Assembly (NCBI GenBank): GCA_965242855.1 | Contig: OZ251509.1 | Location: 2,513,648 to 2,577,647, forward strand | From: Alphaproteobacteria bacterium | GTDB taxonomy: Bacteria; Pseudomonadota; Alphaproteobacteria; UBA828 | DNA length: 64,000 bases | Direction of reading: 5' to 3' | In this document: piece by piece, positions 28,691 through 37,212 of the stretch | How positions within the stretch are numbered: position 1 is the first letter of the stretch | Layout: every line of letters begins with the position of its first letter | The notes under the pieces: model-generated | What the model saw: only the letters and a program-made list of their open reading frames with translations | Told to the model about the DNA's origin: nothing | Databases searched by the model: none | Translations under genes and position numbers: made by a program

Positions 28691-31600
28691 ATGGAGAACC
28701 TTTCCCGCGGCGGCCTGTTCGCCGACGACTTCCTGTGCGGCACCATCGCCGAATCGGCGGATTGGCAGGCGCTCGACGACGCGGCGCTCGACTCCCTCGA
28801 ACGCGACCTCGGCGCGCTCCTCGCGTGCTTCCCCATCGAGGGCGCGCCCAACGAGAGCCAGACCGAGGACGACCTGATCTGGCCCGTGCTCGCCTGCCTC
28901 GGCTGGACGCAGAGCCTGCGGCAGCAGAACCTGAGCGCCCGCGGCCGCGCCGACGTGCCGGACGGCCTGCTGTTCGCCGACGAAGAGGCGAAGGCCCGCG
29001 CCAACGCCCTGCCCGAGGAGTGGAAGCGCTACGGGCTGGGCGCGGCGCTGGTCGAATCCAAGCGCTGGCGGCGCCCGCTCGACCGCCGCTCGGACAGGCG
29101 CGGCGAGGAGACCGCGCCCTCGACCCAGATGCTCCGCTACCTGCGGCGGGTGGAGGACCTGACGGAAGGCAGCCTGCGCTGGGGCATCCTCACCAACGGC
29201 GCCTGCTGGCGGCTCTACTGGCAAGGCGCGCGCTCCGTCTCCGAGCAGTTCTTCGAGCTCGATCTGGCGGCGCTCTTCGATCTGCCGGGCGCGCCGGGCG
29301 CGGTCGGCGACCTGCTCGCCCCCGCGCCGGAGGACCGCCGCCACTGGCTCAAGGTCTTCGCGCTGGTGTTCCGGCGCGCGGCCTTCCTGCCCGGCGCAGA
29401 AAGGCCGGCGAGCTTCCACCTTTACGCCATCGACGAAGGCCGCTTCCACGAGGAGCGCGTCGCCGGCGATCTCTCCGCCAAGGTGTTCGAGCGGGTCTTC
29501 CCGCAGCTCGCCCGCGCCATCGCCGCCGCCGCGCCGGACGCGCCGCTGGCGGAGGTGCGCGAGGCCGCGCTGATCCTGCTCTACCGCCTGCTCTTCATCC
29601 TCTACGCCGAGGACCGCGACCTGCTGCCCGTCCGCGACAGGCGCTACGACGATTACGCCCTGCGCGAGAAGGTGCGCGGCGACGTCGGGCGGCGCATGGA
29701 CGAGGGCGACGTCTTCTCCGAGAGCGCCGCCCGCTACTGGTCGGCGGTCGACGATCTCTGCCGGGCCATCGACGCCGGCGACCCCTCCATCGGCCTGCCG
29801 CCCTACAACGGCGGCCTGTTCGACCGGGCCCGCACGCCGCTGCTCGGCCGCGTCCGGCTGGGCGATGCGGTCATGGCCGACGTCATCGACGCGCTCTCCT
29901 TCGAACGGACGGCGGACGGGCGCCGCAAGTACATCAACTACCGCGATCTCGGCGTCCGCCAGCTGGGCTCCGTTTACGAACGCCTGCTGGAGCGCGCGCT
30001 GGCGGCGGAGGGCGAAGGCGTCGTCGTCCGCCCCGACGTCTTCGCGCGCAAGGAGTCCGGCAGCTACTACACGCCGGACGATCTGGTCGGCCTGATCCTC
30101 GAGGAGACGCTGGGGCCGCTCGCCGCCGCGCCCATGGAGGCGTTCCGCGCCCGCGCCGAGACGCTGGCGAAGGATCGGCGCGACGCCGCGCCTCGCATCG
30201 CCGAATTGCGCAAGATCGATCCGGCCGAACGCCTGCTGGCGCTCAAGGTCTGCGACCCGGCCATGGGCTCCGGGCATTTCCTGGTCAACCTGGTGGACCG
30301 GCTCGCCGACCGGACCATCGCCGCCATGGCCGAAGCGGAGGCGGCGGTCGACTGGGGCGCATACCGTTCGCCGCTCGCCGACCGCATCGAGGCCATCCGC
30401 GACACCATCCGCGCCAACGCCGAGGCGCACGGCTGGAGCGTCGCGCCCGAACGCCTCGACGACCGCCACGTCGTGCGGCGCATGGTGCTCAAGCGCTGCG
30501 TCTTCGGCGTGGACAAGAACCCGATGGCGGTGGAGCTCGCCAAGGTCTCGCTCTGGCTGCACACCTTCACCGTCGGCGCGCCGCTCTCCTTCCTGGATCA
30601 TCATCTGCGCTGCGGCGACAGCCTGTTCGGCGCCTGGGTGCGCGCCGGCGTCGACAAGGCGGTCGAATACGGCACGCCGCTGCTGCTGCACGATTCGATC
30701 GCCCGCGCCGACGGCGCGGCGCGGGGCATGGCGGAGATCGAGGCGCTGACGGACGCGGAGATCGCCGAGGCGCACCGCTCCGCCAAAACCTTCGCCGAGG
30801 TCGAAGCGAAGACCGGGCCGCTCGACCGGATTCTCGCCCTGGTCCACGCCTTCGACTGGCTCGGCCTGCGCGCGCCCGAAGACCGGACGGCGCTCCAATC
30901 CTTCTTCGCGGGCCGCTTCGGCGACCCCGTCGCCATCGCCGCCGGAACGGCGGACCCGCTGCCGGAACGCGCCGAGGGCAGGCGCTTCGCCGAATTGCTG
31001 GACCGGGCGCGGGCGCTGGCCGCGGAGGAGCGCTTCCTGAACTGGCAGGTGGCCTTCCCCGGCGTCTGGTCGCGATGGGAGGGCGCCGAACCGCAAGGCG
31101 GCTTCGACGCCGTGATCGGCAACCCGCCCTGGGACAGGGTGAAGCTGCAACAGGTCGAGTGGTTCGCGGCCCGCCGCCCGGAGATCGCCCGCGCGCGGAG
31201 CGCCGCCGACCGCCGGCGCATGGTCGCCGCGCTGGAGAGGGGCCCGCGGGCCGAGGACCCGCGGGCCGAGGCCCCGCTCGCCCGCGATTTCGCGCGGGCC
31301 GGCGCGCGGGCGGCGGACAGGGCCCGCATGGCGCGGGCCTGCGGCGACTATCCGCTGCTCTCCGGCGGCGACGTGAACCTCTACAGCCTGTTCGTCGAGC
31401 GCGCCCTGGCGCTGGCGAAGCCGGAGGGCGTGGTCGGCCTGCTGGTGCCCTCCGGCATCGCCTCGGACAAGACCGCCGCCCGCTTCTTCAGAGGCGTGGC
31501 GACGGGAGGCCGGCTGCGGGCGCTCTACGATTTCGAGAACCGGCGCGCACGCCACAAGGCGCCGCCGTTCTTCCCGGATGTGCACAACAGCTTCAAGTTC

Positions 31601-32815
31601 TGCGCCTTCGTCGCCGGGCGGGCGCCGGCGCCCGCGCCTGCGCGCTGCGCCTTCTTCCTGCAAGCCGTGACCGAAATCGAGGAGCCTGAGCGGCGCTTCC
31701 CGCTGGCGGCGGCGGATTTCGCCCGCGTCAACCCCAACACCGGCACCGCGCCCGTCTTCCGCAGCCGCCGCGACGCCGAACTGACCGTGGCCATCTACGG
31801 CCGCTTGCCGGTGCTGGTCGACCGCTCGGCAGGCAAGGAGGCGAAGGCGTGGCCGGTGCGCTACACGACCATGTTCCACATGGCCAACGACTCCGGCCTC
31901 TTCCGCACCCGCGCGCAGCTGGAGGAGGAGGAAGGCGCGTGGCCGGTCGGCGGCAACCGCTTCGCCAGCCCCGCCGGGGAATGGGCGCCGCTCTACGAAG
32001 GCAAGATGGTGCAAGCCTTCGACCACCGCGCCGCCGGCATCGTCGTGAAGGAACGGAACCTGTTTCGCCCCGGCCAACAGGAAGCCGCCGAAGCCTCCCG
32101 GAAACGAAACCCCGCCTATTTCCCGACCCCCCGCTACTGGGTCATCGACGATCCCAAGCGATGGAATTGGAGCGACCGGTGGGTTGTCGCCTTCAAGGAC
32201 ATCACCGCCGCCACCAACATGCGCACCATGATCGCGGCAATCGTGCCACGCGCCGGAGCCGGACACACCCTTCCCTTGCTACCGCTGGAAGACGGCGCGA
32301 CGGATCGGGCCTCTCTGGCTTGTTCGATCGTCGCGAACCTGAACGCCGTGGCGTTCGATTTCGTCGCCAGACAGAAGGTTCCGACGACACACTTCACCTG
32401 GTACGTTCTGGAGCAACTTCCCGTGGTCCCGCCCGCGCGCTACGAAGCCGTCCGCTTCGGGCCGAAGACGGCGGGCGCGATCGTCCGCGAATCGGTGCTG
32501 GAACTCACCTACACCGCCCACGACATGGCCCCCTTCGCCCGCGCCCTGGGCCACGTGGACGACTCCGGCGCCCCGCCGCCGCCCTTCCCCTGGGACGAAG
32601 ACCGCCGCCTGGCGCTGCGCGCCCGCCTCGACGCGCTCTTCTTCCACCTCTACGGCGTGACCGATCGCGACGACGTGCGCCACGTCTATTCCACCTTCCC
32701 CATCGTCGAACGCCAGGAGCGCGCGGCGCACGGCCGCTACCGCTCCCGCGACCTCTGCCTCGCCTGGCTCAACGCCCTCGCCGCCGGCGCCCCGGACGCG
32801 GCGATCGAGGGGTGA
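28691..32815 (+). CDS. Single-chain Type IIG/IIL restriction-modification enzyme (PD-ExK nuclease plus gamma-class N6-adenine methyltransferase plus target-recognition domain)
   Basis: N-terminal PD-(D/E)xK-like motif (ADVPDGLLFADEE...ALVESKRW). Methyltransferase motif X (GSYYTPDDLV), motif I (VCDPAMGSGHFLV) and motif IV (IGNPPWDR), followed by a roughly 550-aa C-terminal region. The first in-frame ATG is at 28691. The track's start at 28628 is a TTG. Confidence 0.75.
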   Translation: MENLSRGGLFADDFLCGTIAESADWQALDDAALDSLERDLGALLACFPIEGAPNESQTEDDLIWPVLACLGWTQSLRQQNLSARGRADVPDGLLFADEEAKARANALPEEWKRYGLGAALVESKRWRRPLDRRSDRRGEETAPSTQMLRYLRRVEDLTEGSLRWGILTNGACWRLYWQGARSVSEQFFELDLAALFDLPGAPGAVGDLLAPAPEDRRHWLKVFALVFRRAAFLPGAERPASFHLYAIDEGRFHEERVAGDLSAKVFERVFPQLARAIAAAAPDAPLAEVREAALILLYRLLFILYAEDRDLLPVRDRRYDDYALREKVRGDVGRRMDEGDVFSESAARYWSAVDDLCRAIDAGDPSIGLPPYNGGLFDRARTPLLGRVRLGDAVMADVIDALSFERTADGRRKYINYRDLGVRQLGSVYERLLERALAAEGEGVVVRPDVFARKESGSYYTPDDLVGLILEETLGPLAAAPMEAFRARAETLAKDRRDAAPRIAELRKIDPAERLLALKVCDPAMGSGHFLVNLVDRLADRTIAAMAEAEAAVDWGAYRSPLADRIEAIRDTIRANAEAHGWSVAPERLDDRHVVRRMVLKRCVFGVDKNPMAVELAKVSLWLHTFTVGAPLSFLDHHLRCGDSLFGAWVRAGVDKAVEYGTPLLLHDSIARADGAARGMAEIEALTDAEIAEAHRSAKTFAEVEAKTGPLDRILALVHAFDWLGLRAPEDRTALQSFFAGRFGDPVAIAAGTADPLPERAEGRRFAELLDRARALAAEERFLNWQVAFPGVWSRWEGAEPQGGFDAVIGNPPWDRVKLQQVEWFAARRPEIARARSAADRRRMVAALERGPRAEDPRAEAPLARDFARAGARAADRARMARACGDYPLLSGGDVNLYSLFVERALALAKPEGVVGLLVPSGIASDKTAARFFRGVATGGRLRALYDFENRRARHKAPPFFPDVHNSFKFCAFVAGRAPAPAPARCAFFLQAVTEIEEPERRFPLAAADFARVNPNTGTAPVFRSRRDAELTVAIYGRLPVLVDRSAGKEAKAWPVRYTTMFHMANDSGLFRTRAQLEEEEGAWPVGGNRFASPAGEWAPLYEGKMVQAFDHRAAGIVVKERNLFRPGQQEAAEASRKRNPAYFPTPRYWVIDDPKRWNWSDRWVVAFKDITAATNMRTMIAAIVPRAGAGHTLPLLPLEDGATDRASLACSIVANLNAVAFDFVARQKVPTTHFTWYVLEQLPVVPPARYEAVRFGPKTAGAIVRESVLELTYTAHDMAPFARALGHVDDSGAPPPPFPWDEDRRLALRARLDALFFHLYGVTDRDDVRHVYSTFPIVERQERAAHGRYRSRDLCLAWLNALAAGAPDAAIEG

Positions 32816-32940
32816 CGGGCCGCGCCGGCCGGGAAGCGAGATTTGACTTCCGATTCGCCGTGTGATGGACTGAGAACGTCCGCGCCGCGCGCCATCGGCC
32901 ACCGTCAGCGCGGACGCTTCCTTCCGGTGGAGGCCAGACG

Positions 32941-34047
32941 GTGAGCGCGCACGAGACGACAGGGGGCGGCGCCCCGTCGGAGGAAATCGAGGACCTGGAT
33001 CCCGAGAGCGGATCGTGGGGCGAGTATCCCATCGACGAGCTTCTGATCCGGCAGGAAAACCGGACGATCCACGGCGTCATGCGGCGGATCGACCGGGACG
33101 CCTACATCCTGGATCCCGATTTCCAGCGTGAATTTCTCTGGGACGACGCCAAACAGAGCAAGCTGATCGAATCCGTCATCATGCGTATTCCGCTGCCGGT
33201 GTTCTACATGGCGGAGGACGAAGAAGGGCGGATGGTGGTGGTGGACGGTTTGCAACGCCTGTCCACGTTTCGGCGGTTCGTGAAGGACGAATTGCCGTTG
33301 CGTCTTCCGGATCGACACGAACTGAATCAGAAACGATTCTCGGATTTACCGCCCAAGCTCAAGAACCGCGTCGAGGATTGCAACCTCACGTTCTACATCA
33401 TCGACTCGAAGGCACCGGAGCGCGCCCGCCTGGATATCTTCGAACGGGTGAACGGCGGTGTGCCGCTCACGAGGCAGCAGATGCGCAATTGCCTGTTCAT
33501 GGGCGCGGCAACCAAGTTTCTCAAGGAGGAATCGCAAACCGAAATTTTCATACTGTCGACCGGTAGAAGCCTGGACAGTAAGACCATGCGCGACCGGGAG
33601 TTCGTCAACCGCTTTTGCGCCTTTCGACTTCTTGATCTCGACGACTATAGCGGCTACATGGATGATTTTCTCGCCAAATGCCTGCGTTGTATGAACGAAA
33701 TGGACGAAACCGGACTCTCTCGGCTGTCCGGGCAATTCCGCCGAAGCCTCGCCAGCAATCACAGGCTATTTGGACGACACGCCTTCAGGAGATCCAGGGA
33801 GCCTGACCGGCGCAGCTTTCTCAACGCCTCGTTCTGGGACGTGATGTCCACCGGCCTGTGCCGGTACACCCAGGACCGGGTCGAAGCGCGCGCCGACGAT
33901 CTTCGCGATGCCGTCCACCGGCTTCTCGACGACGAGGAGTTCAACACCGCAATCACCTACAGCCCCAACGACTCCAGGAAGGTGAAGCATCGCTTTCAGA
34001 TGGCCCGAAACATGTTCGAGGAGATCTTGGGTGCTCACACGGATTGA
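32941..34047 (+). CDS. DUF262 (GmrS/ParB-like NTPase-nuclease fold) domain protein
   Basis: DUF262 hallmarks LDPDFQREFLWD and VVDGLQRLSTF (a DGQQR-type motif). GC content is clearly lower than the flanks. Confidence 0.75.
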   Translation: MSAHETTGGGAPSEEIEDLDPESGSWGEYPIDELLIRQENRTIHGVMRRIDRDAYILDPDFQREFLWDDAKQSKLIESVIMRIPLPVFYMAEDEEGRMVVVDGLQRLSTFRRFVKDELPLRLPDRHELNQKRFSDLPPKLKNRVEDCNLTFYIIDSKAPERARLDIFERVNGGVPLTRQQMRNCLFMGAATKFLKEESQTEIFILSTGRSLDSKTMRDREFVNRFCAFRLLDLDDYSGYMDDFLAKCLRCMNEMDETGLSRLSGQFRRSLASNHRLFGRHAFRRSREPDRRSFLNASFWDVMSTGLCRYTQDRVEARADDLRDAVHRLLDDEEFNTAITYSPNDSRKVKHRFQMARNMFEEILGAHTD

Positions 34048-35173
34048 TCTTCGACATTTCAAGTGTTTCGGCGAATTGAAGCTGCCCCTTCGACCGCTCA
34101 CGCTTCTTTCCGGCACCAATGCTTCGGGGAAATCGACGGTTTTGCAGGGGCTGGCGCTTATTCACCAGACGATGCGGGAACATGAATGGTCGCCGCGGCT
34201 GATGCTGAACGGCACGGCCGTCCGCCTCGGCACCGTCGCCGACGTGATCGATCAAGTCCAGGGGCGCCGCGAATGCGAAATCGGCCTGCTGGATGGCGAT
34301 ACGGTCTTTCGATGGACGTTTACGGGTGAACGCGAAGACATGTCGATGGACGTCGCCCGCCTCGTCGCCGCCGACACCGAGCATGACCGTCCGACCGGTC
34401 TTCGCCACTTGTTGCCACCTCCGCACGAGGATGGCCGGTTGGCGCAACGGCTTCGGACGCTGACCTACCTGACGGCGGAACGGCTGGGTCCGCGCGAAAC
34501 TTATCCTTTGGAAGATCCGCAAGGCGCGCCGGTCGTCGGCTCGCGAGGAGAGCATACCGTCAGCGTTCTCCATGCCGGCCGCGACGCCGACGTGCCGGAC
34601 CGCCTGCGGCTTCCGGACATGCCCGGCACCCGGTTGCGACAGGTCGAGGCGCGGATGGCCCGGTTCTTCCCCGGTTGTGGACTGGAGGTCAGGGAAGTCG
34701 TCGGCGCCAATGCGGCGATGTTGGGGCTTCGCACGTCCAGCGATATGGATTTCCACCGCCCGGCTCACACCGGCTTCGGCCTCACCCAGGTGCTTCCCAT
34801 CGTCGTCGCGGCCTTGTCCGCGGACCAGGACGGCCTGCTGCTGATCGAGAACCCGGAAGTGCATCTCCACCCCGCCGGACAGGCGGCGATGGGGAAGTTC
34901 CTGGCCGAAGTCGCGGCGGCCGGCGTTCAGGTTCTTCTTGAGACGCACAGCGACCACGTCCTGAACGGCATTCGCCGGGCGGTCAAAGACGAGACGCTGT
35001 CCGCCGGCGCCGCCGCGGTGCATTTCTTCCGGCCGTATCGCGACGACGGCCGGGGCGGCGTGGCCCAAGCGCAGAGCCTGGCCCTGGACGAGGCCGGCAA
35101 CGTCGACTCCTGGCCCGACGGATTCTTCGACCAGTTCGACAAGGACATGAACTACTTCGCCGGCTGGAGTTGA
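34031..35173 (+). CDS. ABC-type AAA ATPase (AAA_21-like) with a DUF3696-like C-terminus
   Basis: Walker A LLSGTNASGKST, Walker B/D-loop LLLIENPEVHLHP, and a C-terminal WPDGFFDQFDKD motif. The start overlaps the DUF262 gene by 17 nt. Confidence 0.75.
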   Translation: MLTRIDLRHFKCFGELKLPLRPLTLLSGTNASGKSTVLQGLALIHQTMREHEWSPRLMLNGTAVRLGTVADVIDQVQGRRECEIGLLDGDTVFRWTFTGEREDMSMDVARLVAADTEHDRPTGLRHLLPPPHEDGRLAQRLRTLTYLTAERLGPRETYPLEDPQGAPVVGSRGEHTVSVLHAGRDADVPDRLRLPDMPGTRLRQVEARMARFFPGCGLEVREVVGANAAMLGLRTSSDMDFHRPAHTGFGLTQVLPIVVAALSADQDGLLLIENPEVHLHPAGQAAMGKFLAEVAAAGVQVLLETHSDHVLNGIRRAVKDETLSAGAAAVHFFRPYRDDGRGGVAQAQSLALDEAGNVDSWPDGFFDQFDKDMNYFAGWS

Positions 35174-35174
35174 C

Positions 35175-36134
35175 GTGGAGCTTTTCGTCAACGACAAGTC
35201 GATCCACGGGCAATTCCACGACCTGCAATCGTTTCGCGGCGCTTTCGGCAGGCTGATGGTGCTGCACGCGGCCGCCCGGCGCCACGAGCGTGATATTCAT
35301 TGCCCCCGCGCGCTGTTGGCCGTCGAACCGTTGCCGGGCGTTTCGATGCAGCAGACGATCGGGCATCTGTCGGAAAGCGAACGCCGTTCCGCGATGCGCT
35401 GGCTGACGCAAGGCGGTCCGTTCTGGGACGATCTGCGCCGGCATGGGCCCGACGACTGGCTGGAGTGTCGAGGCGACGTCGTCACCGACTCCGCCGTCGG
35501 CGAAGCCGCGTACCGGAAACTTCACGGCGTCGAATGCGGTCTCGTCAGTGTCGTCCCTTCCGACTGGGACTTCTCGCCCGTGGAGGTGGCGTGGCAGCGG
35601 GAGGCCGAGGGACTGGCTGATCGACGGACGGACCTCGAAAACTGGCGCGACCCCGCCGCCTTGGAAAACGGGCTGCGCGCCGCGGCGCCGCCGGTCCAAT
35701 CGTGGGGAGATTTGCGGAACGTCTCGGTGCGCCGTTTCACGCGCCTGACCTTCGCCGACGACGCCTTCCAACCCCTCGACGGGACTCCGTTCTCCGCGAG
35801 CGCGTCGGAGCGCATCGTGGTGCTGCTGGACATCCTGGACCGTCTTGCGCGGGCGTTCGATCCATCCGGCAAGCGGACGCCAGAAGGAAACCGCCTCCAT
35901 CAGGACCACTTCAGGGGCCGCAACGCACTGTTTTCCGATTCGTCCCCCACGGAGAGGCACGATTTCCGCAACGAATTGACGTTCCCCGATCCCGGTGGTT
36001 CCGGTAGTTCCTTGTTCTGCCCGTGGCACGGCAAGGTACGAAGATCGGTCTTGCGCCTGCACTTCTCGTGGTCGTTTCGCTCCGGAGAGCCGGTCTGCAT
36101 CGTCTACGTTGGGCCGAAGATCACTCGCCGCTGA
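35175..36134 (+). CDS. Hypothetical protein, third gene of the DUF262-ATPase cassette
   Basis: The ATG lies 2 nt after the ATPase stop. No recognisable motif was found. The ORF is 319 aa. Confidence 0.5.
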   Translation: MELFVNDKSIHGQFHDLQSFRGAFGRLMVLHAAARRHERDIHCPRALLAVEPLPGVSMQQTIGHLSESERRSAMRWLTQGGPFWDDLRRHGPDDWLECRGDVVTDSAVGEAAYRKLHGVECGLVSVVPSDWDFSPVEVAWQREAEGLADRRTDLENWRDPAALENGLRAAAPPVQSWGDLRNVSVRRFTRLTFADDAFQPLDGTPFSASASERIVVLLDILDRLARAFDPSGKRTPEGNRLHQDHFRGRNALFSDSSPTERHDFRNELTFPDPGGSGSSLFCPWHGKVRRSVLRLHFSWSFRSGEPVCIVYVGPKITRR

Positions 36135-36213
36135 GGTCGAAGCGGCCCTCACCACGCCTTGCCGGGCGGGGGCGGGGCGCACACAATCGGGCGCAGGGAA
36201 ACCGGCTCCGCCC

Positions 36214-37212
36214 ATGCTGACCTTCCTCGTCCGGCGCCTGCTGATCATGATCCCGACGCTGCTCGCGATCAGCATCCTCGTCTTCATCATCATCCAGCTG
36301 CCGCCCGGCGACTATCTCAGCGTCCACATCGCCGAGCTCGAGGCCCAGGGCGAAGGCGCGAACGCCGAGAAGATCGAGTTCCTGCGCCGGCAGTACGGCC
36401 TCGACCGCCCCCTGGTCGAGCAATACGGCATCTGGCTGTTCGGCCTGCTCCAGGGGGACATGGGCTATTCCTTCGAATACAACCTGCCGGTGAACGAGGT
36501 GGTCGAGGACCGCCTGCTGCTCACCTTCATCGTCTCCTTCGTGACGATCCTCTTCACCTGGGCGGTGTCCTTCCCCATCGGCGTCTATTCGGCGACCCAT
36601 CAGTACAGCTGGGGCGACCACGGGCTCACCTTCCTCGGCTTCCTGGGCCTGGCGACGCCGAACTTCCTGCTCGCCCTCGTCCTCCTCTACGTCGCCAACG
36701 TCGCCTTCGGCACCTCCATCGGCGGCCTGATGGACCCGGAATATCTGGGCCAGCCCTGGAGCGGCGGCAAGCTGCTCTCGGTGCTCGAACATCTGTGGGT
36801 GCCGGTGGTGGTGATCGGCACCTCCGGCACCGCCGGCATGATTCGCCGGCTGCGCGCCAACCTGCTGGACGAGTTGCAGAAGCAATACGTCGTCACGGCG
36901 CGGGCGAAGGGGCTGCCGCCCGGACGGCTGCTGTTCAAATACCCGCTGCGCATGGCGCTCAACCCGTTCATCGGCGACATCGGCAACCTGCTGCCGCAGG
37001 TGATCTCCGGCGCGGCGATCGTCTCCGTCGTGCTGTCCCTGCCGACTACCGGGCCGATGCTGCTGGACGCGCTGCGCACGCAAGACATGTATCTCGCGGG
37101 CTCGTTCCTGATGTTCCTGGCCTTCCTGACGGTGATCGGCGTCTTCGTCTCCGACATCGCGCTGGCCGCCCTCGACCCGCGCATCCGGCTGAGCGGCGGC
37201 GTGACCCGATGA
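36214..37212 (+). CDS. ABC transporter permease (DppB/OppB/YejB family)
   Basis: Six transmembrane segments and the binding-protein-dependent transport EAA-like loop. The ATG at 36214 gives MLTFLVRR. Confidence 0.85.
   Translation: MLTFLVRRLLIMIPTLLAISILVFIIIQLPPGDYLSVHIAELEAQGEGANAEKIEFLRRQYGLDRPLVEQYGIWLFGLLQGDMGYSFEYNLPVNEVVEDRLLLTFIVSFVTILFTWAVSFPIGVYSATHQYSWGDHGLTFLGFLGLATPNFLLALVLLYVANVAFGTSIGGLMDPEYLGQPWSGGKLLSVLEHLWVPVVVIGTSGTAGMIRRLRANLLDELQKQYVVTARAKGLPPGRLLFKYPLRMALNPFIGDIGNLLPQVISGAAIVSVVLSLPTTGPMLLDALRTQDMYLAGSFLMFLAFLTVIGVFVSDIALAALDPRIRLSGGVTR

Noticed and set aside
28340-32266. 1308-aa minus-strand ORF antisense to the restriction-modification gene
   Set aside because: Low-complexity GC-frame artefact. 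The plus-strand frame has clear methyltransferase motifs.
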